Positions 1 to 8,110 of a stretch of 64,000 nucleotides of DNA are shown here, in pieces. Every line of letters begins with the position of its first letter. Position 1 is the stretch's first letter. The notes under the pieces are model-generated. The model searched no databases. It saw nothing but the letters and a program-made list of their open reading frames with translations, and was not told the DNA's origin. The position numbers and the translations under genes are program-made. This DNA comes from Thermoanaerobacterales bacterium (lineage in GTDB: Bacteria > Bacillota > Thermoanaerobacteria > Thermoanaerobacterales > UBA4877): positions 17,408 to 81,407 of the forward strand of contig DAIPGN010000007.1 in assembly GCA_036771835.1 (NCBI GenBank). The letters run 5' to 3'.

Positions 1-842
1 ACCAGGAATCTGAGGAAGAAATCGAAGAGGATAATTTACAGAGAATTTTAACAAAGCAAGATCTTAAATCCATATACCGCCGTTCATATCTTACTGGTGC
101 ATGTTTAAATTATGAGAGATATTTAGGATTAGGATTCTGTTATGCAATTTTACCCGCTTTAAAGAAATTATATAAAGGTGAAGATCTTAAAGAAGCAACT
201 ATACGTAATACTGAATTTTATAATTCACACCCTTGGATGCATAATGTAGTCATGGGTGTAACTATAGCATTGGAAGAACAAAGGGCTTTAGGAGCGCCAA
301 TTGATGCACAATCCATTTCTGCTACTAAAGCAGCTTTAATGGGACCTACGGCAGGATTTGGTGATTCTTTCTTTAAGGGAGTGGTGGTTACCATCACCGG
401 TGCCTTTGCTGCGGCGTTAGCGATCGATGGTAATCCGATTGCACCTTTGGTATTTATTATTCCAAATTTATTAGTTTGTATCTTAATAAGATATTACGGC
501 ACAATGATGGGCTATAAATTTGGGACCAAATTTATACTCAAGATGAAAAACAGCAATATCATACAGAAATTTGTTGAAGGCTCAACTATAGTTGGCATGA
601 TGGTTAGTGCCGGTTTAATTACAAACTATGTAAAAGTCAATTTGACAACAGTGCTTAATTTTGCTGGGAAAGAAATTGTATTAAATGATGTAATTAATTC
701 TGTGATGCCAAAACTATTGCCTTATTGCACAGTATTTCTATTCTATTATATTATTAAAAAACATCCCAAGAACGGTTTGTATATAACGTTAGCTCTGTCG
801 TTTATCATGGGAATATTTGGAGTATTGTTCCATATATTATAG
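1..842 (+). CDS. PTS mannose/fructose/sorbose-family EIID component (5' end outside window)
   Basis: The frame is open from position 3 with no stop. The translation ...RRSYLTGACLNYERYLGLGFCYAILPALKKLY...EFYNSHPWMHNVVMG matches the conserved N-terminal core of EIID(Man) proteins. Hydrophobic membrane segments follow. Confidence 0.85.
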   Translation, partial: QESEEEIEEDNLQRILTKQDLKSIYRRSYLTGACLNYERYLGLGFCYAILPALKKLYKGEDLKEATIRNTEFYNSHPWMHNVVMGVTIALEEQRALGAPIDAQSISATKAALMGPTAGFGDSFFKGVVVTITGAFAAALAIDGNPIAPLVFIIPNLLVCILIRYYGTMMGYKFGTKFILKMKNSNIIQKFVEGSTIVGMMVSAGLITNYVKVNLTTVLNFAGKEIVLNDVINSVMPKLLPYCTVFLFYYIIKKHPKNGLYITLALSFIMGIFGVLFHIL

Positions 843-935
843 TTTTAATTGTTCAAAAGAAATCTTAGTTTTAGATTCTATAAATTGTTATTTATGAGTG
901 AAAGTTATTGACTACTAAATTTGGAGGGACAGAAT

Positions 936-2798
936 ATGAGTTTTATGTTTAAACCACTGGCTTATGATGATATGAGCGCTATAAATAAAATAGATTTAAC
1001 AGTAGAAATAAAAAAATCTTTGGTAGTTGGAAACGATAAGGTGGGAAGATCAATTGCAAAGCATTGTGCCGAAAATATGAAAAATAATGCATTTTGTTTA
1101 GCTATTGATGGATATGTAAGTGCAGAATTTGATGTAGTCTTGAATGGAATTAGTGAATACTGTAAAAACAAAAAGATTAGATTGACAACTATTAATATGA
1201 AAAATTACTATAAATCAAAAACAGAAATTGACGAGTTGACAAGTGAAAACTTGCCACTAAATTATGATGATGATCCTGTGTTGTTATTCGGTAGACTTTT
1301 TGAGGGAAATATGGATGATTTAATGGATAAAGATAAATTAAATTCTCTATATGAGGGATTAAAAGAAAAAAATAATGGCATAACAGTAGTTTATGGTATG
1401 GGAAGTGCAATTAAAAGTGTACGTGATTTTTGTGATGCGGTAGCTTATATAGATGTTACGCCCAAGATTGCAGCTATCCGAGCCAGAGAAAAGAGATTTG
1501 CTAATATAGGTGATGAAAGCCCGCGTGAATTTAATTTACTTATGAGAAGAAATTATTTCGTGGATTTTGAAGTTGCGTTCAAATTGCGCAATGAATTACT
1601 TAATGAATATGGTATAGACTTTTATATTCTTGGAAGTGATGACAATAATTATATGCTAATGCCTGGCTCGAGTTTGGAAATTGTTCTAGAGACTTTAGTA
1701 CACTATCCTTTCAGGGCAAAACCAGTTTATCTAGATGGAATTTGGGGGGGTGAATATATACGTAAGATTAGAAATATTCCACAGGATATTTCTACTAATA
1801 TAGCTTGGGTTTTCGAATTTATACCAATGGAAACAAGTATAGTCATAGATATAGACGGTAATTATGTTGATATTCCCTTCTATACGTTTGTACAGAAAAA
1901 AGGCCTGTCAATGATGGGACAGAAATGTTTTGATGAGTTTGATGGGTACTTTCCCATTAGATTTAATTATGACGATACGTGGCATAGTGATGGAAATATG
2001 TCTGTTCAAGTTCACCCCGATGAAGAATTTGTTGTTGACAATTATAATGAATTAGGGCGTCAAGATGAAGCATACTATATTATTGCTACAGGACATGATG
2101 CTAAAACGTACTGCGGATTCAAGGATGACGGGAAGGTTTTTTTAGAGCTTGCTAAAAAGTCTGAGAAAGATAATAAAGATATAGATTATCAAAAGTATAT
2201 AAATTCCGTTGAGTCTGTTCCTGGGAAGCAAGTTATGATACCGGCGGGTACCGTTCATGCTTCCGGCAGAAATCAGTTTATATTAGAATTAGGAAGTTTA
2301 ACTCTTGGATCATACACGTATAAAATTTATGATTATAATCGTAAAGATAAAGAAGGAAAGCTTCGCCCAATTCATACCAAAAATGCACAAAAGGTACTAC
2401 ATTTTGAACGCAATTCAGAATGGGTAAGGAAGAATGTAGTTATTGACCCCATATTAATTTCAGAAACACAGGATTACAAAGAATATATCGTCGGCAGAAC
2501 AGATTTGATGTACTATCAAACTAATCGTATAGAATTAAATACGCATGGGACGTATGAAGGAAATAATAATGGCCAATTTACTGTCATAACAGTAGTGGAT
2601 GGAGAAGAAGTCGAAGTTTATTCAAAAGGCAACCCTGAATTCCGTTTTACACAAAAGTATTTAGAAATTGTCACGATACCTGCGACAATTGATGATTATG
2701 TAATAAAGGCTAAAGGATACCAACCTGTAGTTATCCATAAAACGATTTTACGTGATAACTACACTCGATACAAAAATGCGAAATATGCAAATCGATAG
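936..2798 (+). CDS. Long class I phosphomannose-isomerase-like protein with an unassigned ~260-aa N-terminal domain
   Basis: ORF track 921..2798; the ATG at 936 follows GGAGGGA. The C-terminal part carries class I PMI cupin signatures (SVQVHPDEEF, EAYYII, IPAGTVHASG, YTYKIYDYNR). I recognise no motif in the N-terminal ~260 aa. Confidence 0.75.
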   Translation: MSFMFKPLAYDDMSAINKIDLTVEIKKSLVVGNDKVGRSIAKHCAENMKNNAFCLAIDGYVSAEFDVVLNGISEYCKNKKIRLTTINMKNYYKSKTEIDELTSENLPLNYDDDPVLLFGRLFEGNMDDLMDKDKLNSLYEGLKEKNNGITVVYGMGSAIKSVRDFCDAVAYIDVTPKIAAIRAREKRFANIGDESPREFNLLMRRNYFVDFEVAFKLRNELLNEYGIDFYILGSDDNNYMLMPGSSLEIVLETLVHYPFRAKPVYLDGIWGGEYIRKIRNIPQDISTNIAWVFEFIPMETSIVIDIDGNYVDIPFYTFVQKKGLSMMGQKCFDEFDGYFPIRFNYDDTWHSDGNMSVQVHPDEEFVVDNYNELGRQDEAYYIIATGHDAKTYCGFKDDGKVFLELAKKSEKDNKDIDYQKYINSVESVPGKQVMIPAGTVHASGRNQFILELGSLTLGSYTYKIYDYNRKDKEGKLRPIHTKNAQKVLHFERNSEWVRKNVVIDPILISETQDYKEYIVGRTDLMYYQTNRIELNTHGTYEGNNNGQFTVITVVDGEEVEVYSKGNPEFRFTQKYLEIVTIPATIDDYVIKAKGYQPVVIHKTILRDNYTRYKNAKYANR

Positions 2799-2807
2799 GT
2801 GAAAAAG

Positions 2808-3743
2808 ATGAAACCATTAAAAATGAAACCGGTTTATATAAAAAGTATATGGGCGGGCAATAGATTACAAAAAATAAGAAATTTAAATGAAAACGGCATT
2901 GGGATTTCCAGGGAAATATGTGCATATAGGAATTCTGAAAATATAATAAAAGAAGGAGAATTTGTGGGGGAAAGCATTAAGAAAATTATTGAAAATTATC
3001 ATAAAGAGCTGATGGGAGACGACCTAAGTACACAATTAATACGCGTAGCATATATGGATGCAGCGGAAGATCTTTCAATACAGGTACATCCTAATGAAGA
3101 ATATGCTCGGAAAATAAATGATTATGAGAAGTCTGAAGCATGGTATGTCATTGAGGCAGATGATGGGGCATATATTACAGCTGGTGTAAATATAGAGGCT
3201 AAAGATATATTGCATAAAGCGGCTAAAGATGGGACTTTAGAGAATTATGTCAACAGAATACCCGTACAACAAGGAGATTTTGTGCTGATTCCTGCCGGTC
3301 TTTTACATGCTTGTGGCAAAAATATGTTGGTTATTGAAATAGGAAGCTTTGGTGGTATTACTTATCGTTTATATGATTATGGTCGCCCACGGCCATTAGA
3401 TTTAGATAAGGGTCTTGAAGTATTAGATTTAAATGCTAAATGTGATATTAAGCATTTTCCTTTAGATCAAGTTAAAAATAATAATTGCCAGGTGGGGGTT
3501 GAACATAGGTTATTTCATGTGGATGTAATTGATATAGAAAATGAAATGACTATTTTGAATAATGGACGATATTATATCCTTGCGTGTGTTAAAGGTGATT
3601 GCGTAATACAATGTGAAGGCGAATCTTATAAGTTATCGTATACAGAAACGATATTTATACCAGCTTCGTCAGATGATATAAAGATTCAAGGAAAATGCCG
3701 TATTCTTAAAATTTACAATTCACATACACAGTTGTATAATTAA
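2808..3743 (+). CDS. Class I mannose-6-phosphate isomerase (Firmicute ManA/Pmi size class)
   Basis: ORF track 2799..3743; ATG 2808 is preceded by GGTGA. Signatures are SIQVHPNEEYA, SEAWYVIEA, IPAGLLHACG and ITYRLYDYGR. Confidence 0.8.
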   Translation: MKPLKMKPVYIKSIWAGNRLQKIRNLNENGIGISREICAYRNSENIIKEGEFVGESIKKIIENYHKELMGDDLSTQLIRVAYMDAAEDLSIQVHPNEEYARKINDYEKSEAWYVIEADDGAYITAGVNIEAKDILHKAAKDGTLENYVNRIPVQQGDFVLIPAGLLHACGKNMLVIEIGSFGGITYRLYDYGRPRPLDLDKGLEVLDLNAKCDIKHFPLDQVKNNNCQVGVEHRLFHVDVIDIENEMTILNNGRYYILACVKGDCVIQCEGESYKLSYTETIFIPASSDDIKIQGKCRILKIYNSHTQLYN

Positions 3744-3818
3744 ATTTAATGATAAATTTACCAATTTAGGTGGCTATTTTCACACATATAAAAAACAAGC
3801 ATACTTGGAGGGGTGTAC

Positions 3819-4208
3819 ATGATAGGAGTATTGGTAACTTCTCATGGGAATCTATGCCAAGAACTGCTAAATAGTTTGGTAATGATTACGGGAGAAAACC
3901 ATAATATTTTAGCTTTAAAATTTGATGACTATAATAATTATAAAAATGAACTGACAATGAAATTGAATATAATGATTTCCGACTATGACGGCATATTAAT
4001 ATTCACTGATATTATAGGGGGCACGCCATTCAATGAAAGTTATAAATATGTTCGGGAAAGTAATAAAAATAATATCAAAATTATAACGGGTGTAAATCTA
4101 CCCATGATTATAGAAACAACGTTAGCTTTAAGCCATGAAGATAATTTAAATAATCTTGTTAACATAGCAGTAGATGCTGGTAAAGGTTCAATTAATTGCG
4201 TGTGCTAG
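3819..4208 (+). CDS. PTS EIIA component, mannose family
   Basis: The N-terminus MIGVLVTSHGNLCQEL has the conserved phospho-His context of EIIA(Man). It is ~130 aa, and GGAGGGG lies 7 nt upstream of ATG 3819. Confidence 0.75.
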   Translation: MIGVLVTSHGNLCQELLNSLVMITGENHNILALKFDDYNNYKNELTMKLNIMISDYDGILIFTDIIGGTPFNESYKYVRESNKNNIKIITGVNLPMIIETTLALSHEDNLNNLVNIAVDAGKGSINCVC

Positions 4209-4570
4209 CGGGAAACGATGGAATAAACCTTGCCAATCATAATAAATCTGCATAAAAATTATTATTGTATCACTTATCAGCACACATGAGCAGAGCAAAC
4301 TAAGATATTGTCTCAAGACGTTTGTATTAATTATCTCCCGCGATAAACCTGTGTTTTGTTGCAGGCAACTCACCCTATTTTACCCTTGCAATCACTTGGA
4401 TATATGGGCTTTGTCATAGAGAGTGAGTTAACTTTAGTTATATTTGCTGTCGTATGTTTTGTTTACTTGATTTTCAAATTTTTGTAGAGCTATAAATAGT
4501 GTTTGTAACATAAGATTAAGTTTATTAAAGATGGCTGGATATTAATTTAGTAAAGCGGGAGGAATTACCA

Positions 4571-5416
4571 TTGCAAAGCATGAGGTTAATAGAAAGAAAT
4601 TATGATATGATGACAGATACGGAAAAAATTATTGCAAATTATATTTTAAAGGATACAGACAAATTTGTAAATGCGAATATACATGTAATGGCAAAAACTT
4701 TAAATATTTCACCTGCATCCATATCGAGATTTGTGCGTAAATATTGTAAATTATCTTTTGGAGAATTAAAAATTGAAGTTGCTTCCGGTGGAAATGATAA
4801 CACTGCTTATGATAATGCTAATGAGATTTTTAATTGGGCGGGTTCATTTAATGAAATGCCGGATAATATAATTAATAGCATCTCAAAAACATGTAGGGAT
4901 GTCATGGAGGTTAATGGTATTAATCCATTTAAACAAGCGATAGAATGGATAAATGCTGCCGATACGATATTCTTTTTTGGGGTAGGATCTTCTGGAATTG
5001 TAGTAATGGATTTTATGCAAAAGTTGATACGCTTGGAAAAACGTTGTGTATATAATATTGATAGTAATTTCGGAGTATTAAATTCAAAAATTGCAACTAA
5101 AAAAGATGTAATAATAGCGATATCCTTTAGTGGAAGGACTAAAGAAGTAAATTTGGCTGTTAAAGAAGCTAAAAAAAGTGGAGCAAAATGTATAGCTATA
5201 ACGCGAAATTTCAAGAGCGAATTAGAAACTTTGGCGGATTTAAAACTTTTAGTCCCAAGTATAGAACTTAATGCGACTAGGTTAGCTCCGATTTTTTCCA
5301 GATACGGTCAATTATTTATAGTAGATATTCTGTTTTTAGGATTAGCTAAGCAAAAGACTAATTCTGTAGATGAATTTATGGATCAGTATCAGAATCTATT
5401 GTCAAAGCTAAAATAA
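4571..5416 (+). CDS. RpiR/MurR-family transcriptional regulator (HTH + SIS domain)
   Basis: An N-terminal HTH_6-like segment (IANYILKD...MAKTLNISPASISRFVRKY) is followed by a SIS domain (FFFGVGSSGIVVMDF, AISFSGRTKEV). The TTG start lies 8 nt after GGGAGG. Confidence 0.85.
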   Translation: MQSMRLIERNYDMMTDTEKIIANYILKDTDKFVNANIHVMAKTLNISPASISRFVRKYCKLSFGELKIEVASGGNDNTAYDNANEIFNWAGSFNEMPDNIINSISKTCRDVMEVNGINPFKQAIEWINAADTIFFFGVGSSGIVVMDFMQKLIRLEKRCVYNIDSNFGVLNSKIATKKDVIIAISFSGRTKEVNLAVKEAKKSGAKCIAITRNFKSELETLADLKLLVPSIELNATRLAPIFSRYGQLFIVDILFLGLAKQKTNSVDEFMDQYQNLLSKLK

Positions 5417-5420
5417 TGTA

Positions 5421-5475
5421 GTAAAAATGCTGCTTAGACCATGAAAAATGGTTATTATATAAGCAGCATTTTTAC
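5421..5475. terminator. Bidirectional hairpin terminator between rpiR-like and CAP-domain genes
   Basis: A perfect 16-bp inverted repeat (gtaaaaatgctgctta / taagcagcatttttac) encloses a nested hairpin accat-gaaaa-atggt. It is A/T-flanked on both sides and sits on the compositional boundary. Confidence 0.7.
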
Positions 5476-5513
5476 TATAACTAAGTAATTTGACCTTTAT
5501 ATAAAATGACTGT

Positions 5514-6308
5514 TTATTGCTTTATAAACATCTCGGTTATAATATAGGTATTGTTTGACCCCTTTACTATTCCTATGCCGGCTTTGTTGAAGCTGGAGTT
5601 CAAGATATTGGCTCTGTGGCCTTCCGAATTCATGAACGCCACATGGGCGCTATAGACGGAGGAGTTCTTCGCTATATTTTCTCCCGCCATCTGGTAGCTT
5701 ATTCCGTTGTTCTTCATCATGTCGAACGGGCTGCCATATGTTGGAGACTCATGGCTGAAATAGTTGTTTGTCAGCATATCCTGAGATTTTAGTCTGGCGA
5801 GGTTTGCCAAACTCGCATCCATGGTAAGATCGCTTAGCCCGGCCTTTTCTCTTTCGCCGTTTATAAGCTGCAGCATATAGGTTTCATCCTGAGATACGCT
5901 GTAATCTGTTTTGCTTGAGCCGTTGTTCTGATTTGAACTTGTGTTTCCCGAAGGCTTTGTCTGTGAACCGGTGTTTTGATTAGAGCCTGTGTTACCCGTG
6001 GGCTTAGTCTGCGAACCGGTGTTTTGATTCGAAGTTGTGGTCCCGGATGCTGTTTTCTGCAGACCCTTTAAATACTCTTTATAATAATTTAAAAGATATG
6101 TATCCGTACCTGAAGCCGTATGGTTTGTCGGCAAAGAGACCGAAACCACAACAGGCCTGTCCTTATTTGCCGTGCAGCCATTGCTTCCAAAATACTGCGC
6201 GGTGCAGCTTGCATCGGCATGGCCTACGGGCAGCGATACAATGGCCAGGCCCGTTATGCATAATGTCGTTGCAAGGATTTTTCCCTTCATTGTGTTTTTT
6301 CTCATCAT
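5514..6308 (-). CDS. Secreted CAP/SCP (YkwD-like) domain protein with Asn/Gln/Thr/Ser-rich repeat linker
   Basis: It has an N-terminal signal-like segment (KILATTLCITGLAIVSLPVGHA). The C-terminal CAP-domain pattern reads INGEREKAGL...YFSHESPTYGSPFDMM...GENIA...GHRANIL. AGGAGG lies upstream of the ATG. Confidence 0.8.
   Translation of the reverse strand: MMRKNTMKGKILATTLCITGLAIVSLPVGHADASCTAQYFGSNGCTANKDRPVVVSVSLPTNHTASGTDTYLLNYYKEYLKGLQKTASGTTTSNQNTGSQTKPTGNTGSNQNTGSQTKPSGNTSSNQNNGSSKTDYSVSQDETYMLQLINGEREKAGLSDLTMDASLANLARLKSQDMLTNNYFSHESPTYGSPFDMMKNNGISYQMAGENIAKNSSVYSAHVAFMNSEGHRANILNSSFNKAGIGIVKGSNNTYIITEMFIKQ
5905..6045 (-). repeat. In-frame ~48-bp tandem repeats encoding SNQNTGSQTKP(T/S)GNT(G/S)
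   Basis: There are two near-identical 16-aa units plus a degenerate third inside the CAP-domain gene. At DNA level they are visible as ggcttNgtctgNgaaccggtgttttgatt repeats. Confidence 0.8.
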
Positions 6309-6697
6309 TATGTAATAACCTCCTTTTTTGTTATATAAATTCTATTCTATGTTGATCGGGCAAAACCTTTAAGCAAGTTATGGGTATATTGGTAATGCCG
6401 TTGTAACATTGGATAATTTTATTAATAAAATGTATGAGGAGGTTATGCCATATGTATATAGTGATAGTATATTCACCTCAGCAAGCCCAATTCCTACAGA
6501 GCAAGGCTCTCACCGCTGGATGCAGGCTCTGCAGCATGCCCACGCCGAGAGGTTTGGTCAGGACCTGCGCCTATACCTTTTATTTTGATGAAAGTTGTTT
6601 TGATATGGTAAAGAAGCTCATATTCACATATAATATCAAGATCCATGGCGTGTACAGAAAAGTATTTATGTACGGCAAGGAATCCTATGAAAAAATA

Positions 6698-7987
6698 CTA
6701 TGAATATACCCGTGAAAAAAGTTTTTTTATCAGGCTGCCGTTGGCCTTATCCAATTTCTCCGTTAGTACGGCATTTTCGCTCTTTATGTTTTCATTTTCC
6801 GATTTAAGATCGCTGATTTCTTCCAATATATTGCTATAGCTATTTTTTAACAGGCTATATTGTGTACTCAGGTTTTTGTAGGAGGTATCCAGATTTCTCA
6901 TATTTAAAATAAATTCTTTATTGATATTTTTTTGTTCCCGGAGTTTGCCGCTCAGCTGGTCAATATATTGCTGTATTTGATTGATGTAAATAGTGAAGTA
7001 ACTGAATCCAGAACTGTGCGGATCGAATATATCGTCGATCAAAATGAGGTAATATGGATTTTTGGTATGATAGAAAGCATGTACGTGGTCGGCTCCAAAT
7101 TTTTTCAGTGAAATAAAACAACAATGGGATAGAGTATCGATCTCAGACGAGATCTTAAAAGGCTGCGACCATGTCTCTCCACTGTCGGCAGACAGGCACG
7201 TATAGATGAATCCACCGCAATACCATGTGGCCCAAAGGTTTTCGCTTATACAGACGATCCCGGGATACTGCGCGTATTCAGGAAACAGAACAATATCTTG
7301 CTCATCATTGCTCGGCCAATTGCCCGATGTCTTTCTGACATAGTGAAGTTTATCGCCGGCCGAATAGATGATGTGGGTACTGTTATTTTTACTGTCGGAA
7401 GCAATAAAAAAATCACGGCTGTCATCTATATTGCTTATGACCACCGGCTTAGACCAGATACCGGGGGTATGTCTGAAACTCATGTACATCAGTTTTTCGC
7501 CTTCGCCGTATATCCCATTAGGACCTGACGGGCCCTTGACAAAATGGAATGATAAGTTATTGTTGCTTTTAACGATGACACTAGACGTCCATTTGTTTCT
7601 GTTCCAGAAATGATGTACCAAATAATAGATACTGTCTTTTGAGTTTTCATAAAATATATGTATAAAACCATGATCAACTAAGATATTTATATCTTTAACG
7701 CTGCCGGTTATCGGCTTTTTCATGAGCGGGCTTTTGGACCATGTGCTGCCGTTCCATATCATAAGATTTATCTTGTTGTCCGTGTCCTTATATAGCATAT
7801 ATATATACTCGCCTTCGATATCTGCAGAAAAGTCATCCGTGCCGTCGCCCGCAAGGTTATATGGTGATGATTCTTTTGCATCGTTGTCCTTGGTGATGCA
7901 ATTGATGCCTTTCCCCGGTTCGTAGTAGAAATGCCGGCGAGTGCCGTTCGAATCCTCCGTCATATAGGAGTATTTATTGATTAACAT
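6698..7987 (-). CDS. Hypothetical protein: Asp-box (BNR-like) beta-propeller-type repeats plus ~90-aa C-terminal coiled coil
   Basis: ORF track 6698..7996; ATG 7987 lies 6 nt after GGCGGTGGA. One canonical Asp-box (SADSGETWSQP) is present. Blade-like motifs recur: GSTWSKSP, NKWTSSV, PGIWSKPV, SGNWPSN. The C-terminal heptad-rich tail is rich in K/E/N/S/L. There is no signal peptide or TM segment. Confidence 0.7.
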   Translation of the reverse strand: MLINKYSYMTEDSNGTRRHFYYEPGKGINCITKDNDAKESSPYNLAGDGTDDFSADIEGEYIYMLYKDTDNKINLMIWNGSTWSKSPLMKKPITGSVKDINILVDHGFIHIFYENSKDSIYYLVHHFWNRNKWTSSVIVKSNNNLSFHFVKGPSGPNGIYGEGEKLMYMSFRHTPGIWSKPVVISNIDDSRDFFIASDSKNNSTHIIYSAGDKLHYVRKTSGNWPSNDEQDIVLFPEYAQYPGIVCISENLWATWYCGGFIYTCLSADSGETWSQPFKISSEIDTLSHCCFISLKKFGADHVHAFYHTKNPYYLILIDDIFDPHSSGFSYFTIYINQIQQYIDQLSGKLREQKNINKEFILNMRNLDTSYKNLSTQYSLLKNSYSNILEEISDLKSENENIKSENAVLTEKLDKANGSLIKKLFSRVYS

Positions 7988-8110
7988 TTGATCCACCGCC
8001 TTTCATTTATAATATATGCATATGAGGACATTAATTGAACTCATGGTTGTAACATAACAGATGCCTGGTGCGTATATTAAATTAGAAATAAAGAAGGGAG
8101 GTTCAAGCTT

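Noticed and set aside
4209-4570. 362-nt non-coding spacer between EIIA and the rpiR-like gene (possible sRNA, riboswitch or degraded gene)
   Set aside because: There is no convincing ORF (the 61-aa minus ORF has no SD or motifs) and no riboswitch consensus I recognise. Only short palindromes such as agttaact are present. It is recorded as part of the island finding only.
8010-8018. SigmaK-like -10 element (CATATATTA on the minus strand) upstream of the propeller gene
   Set aside because: The -10-like match is suggestive and well positioned, ~23 nt before the ATG. However, the expected AC-type -35 element at the proper spacing is not convincing. AT-rich spacers give such matches by chance, so it is not reported as a feature.
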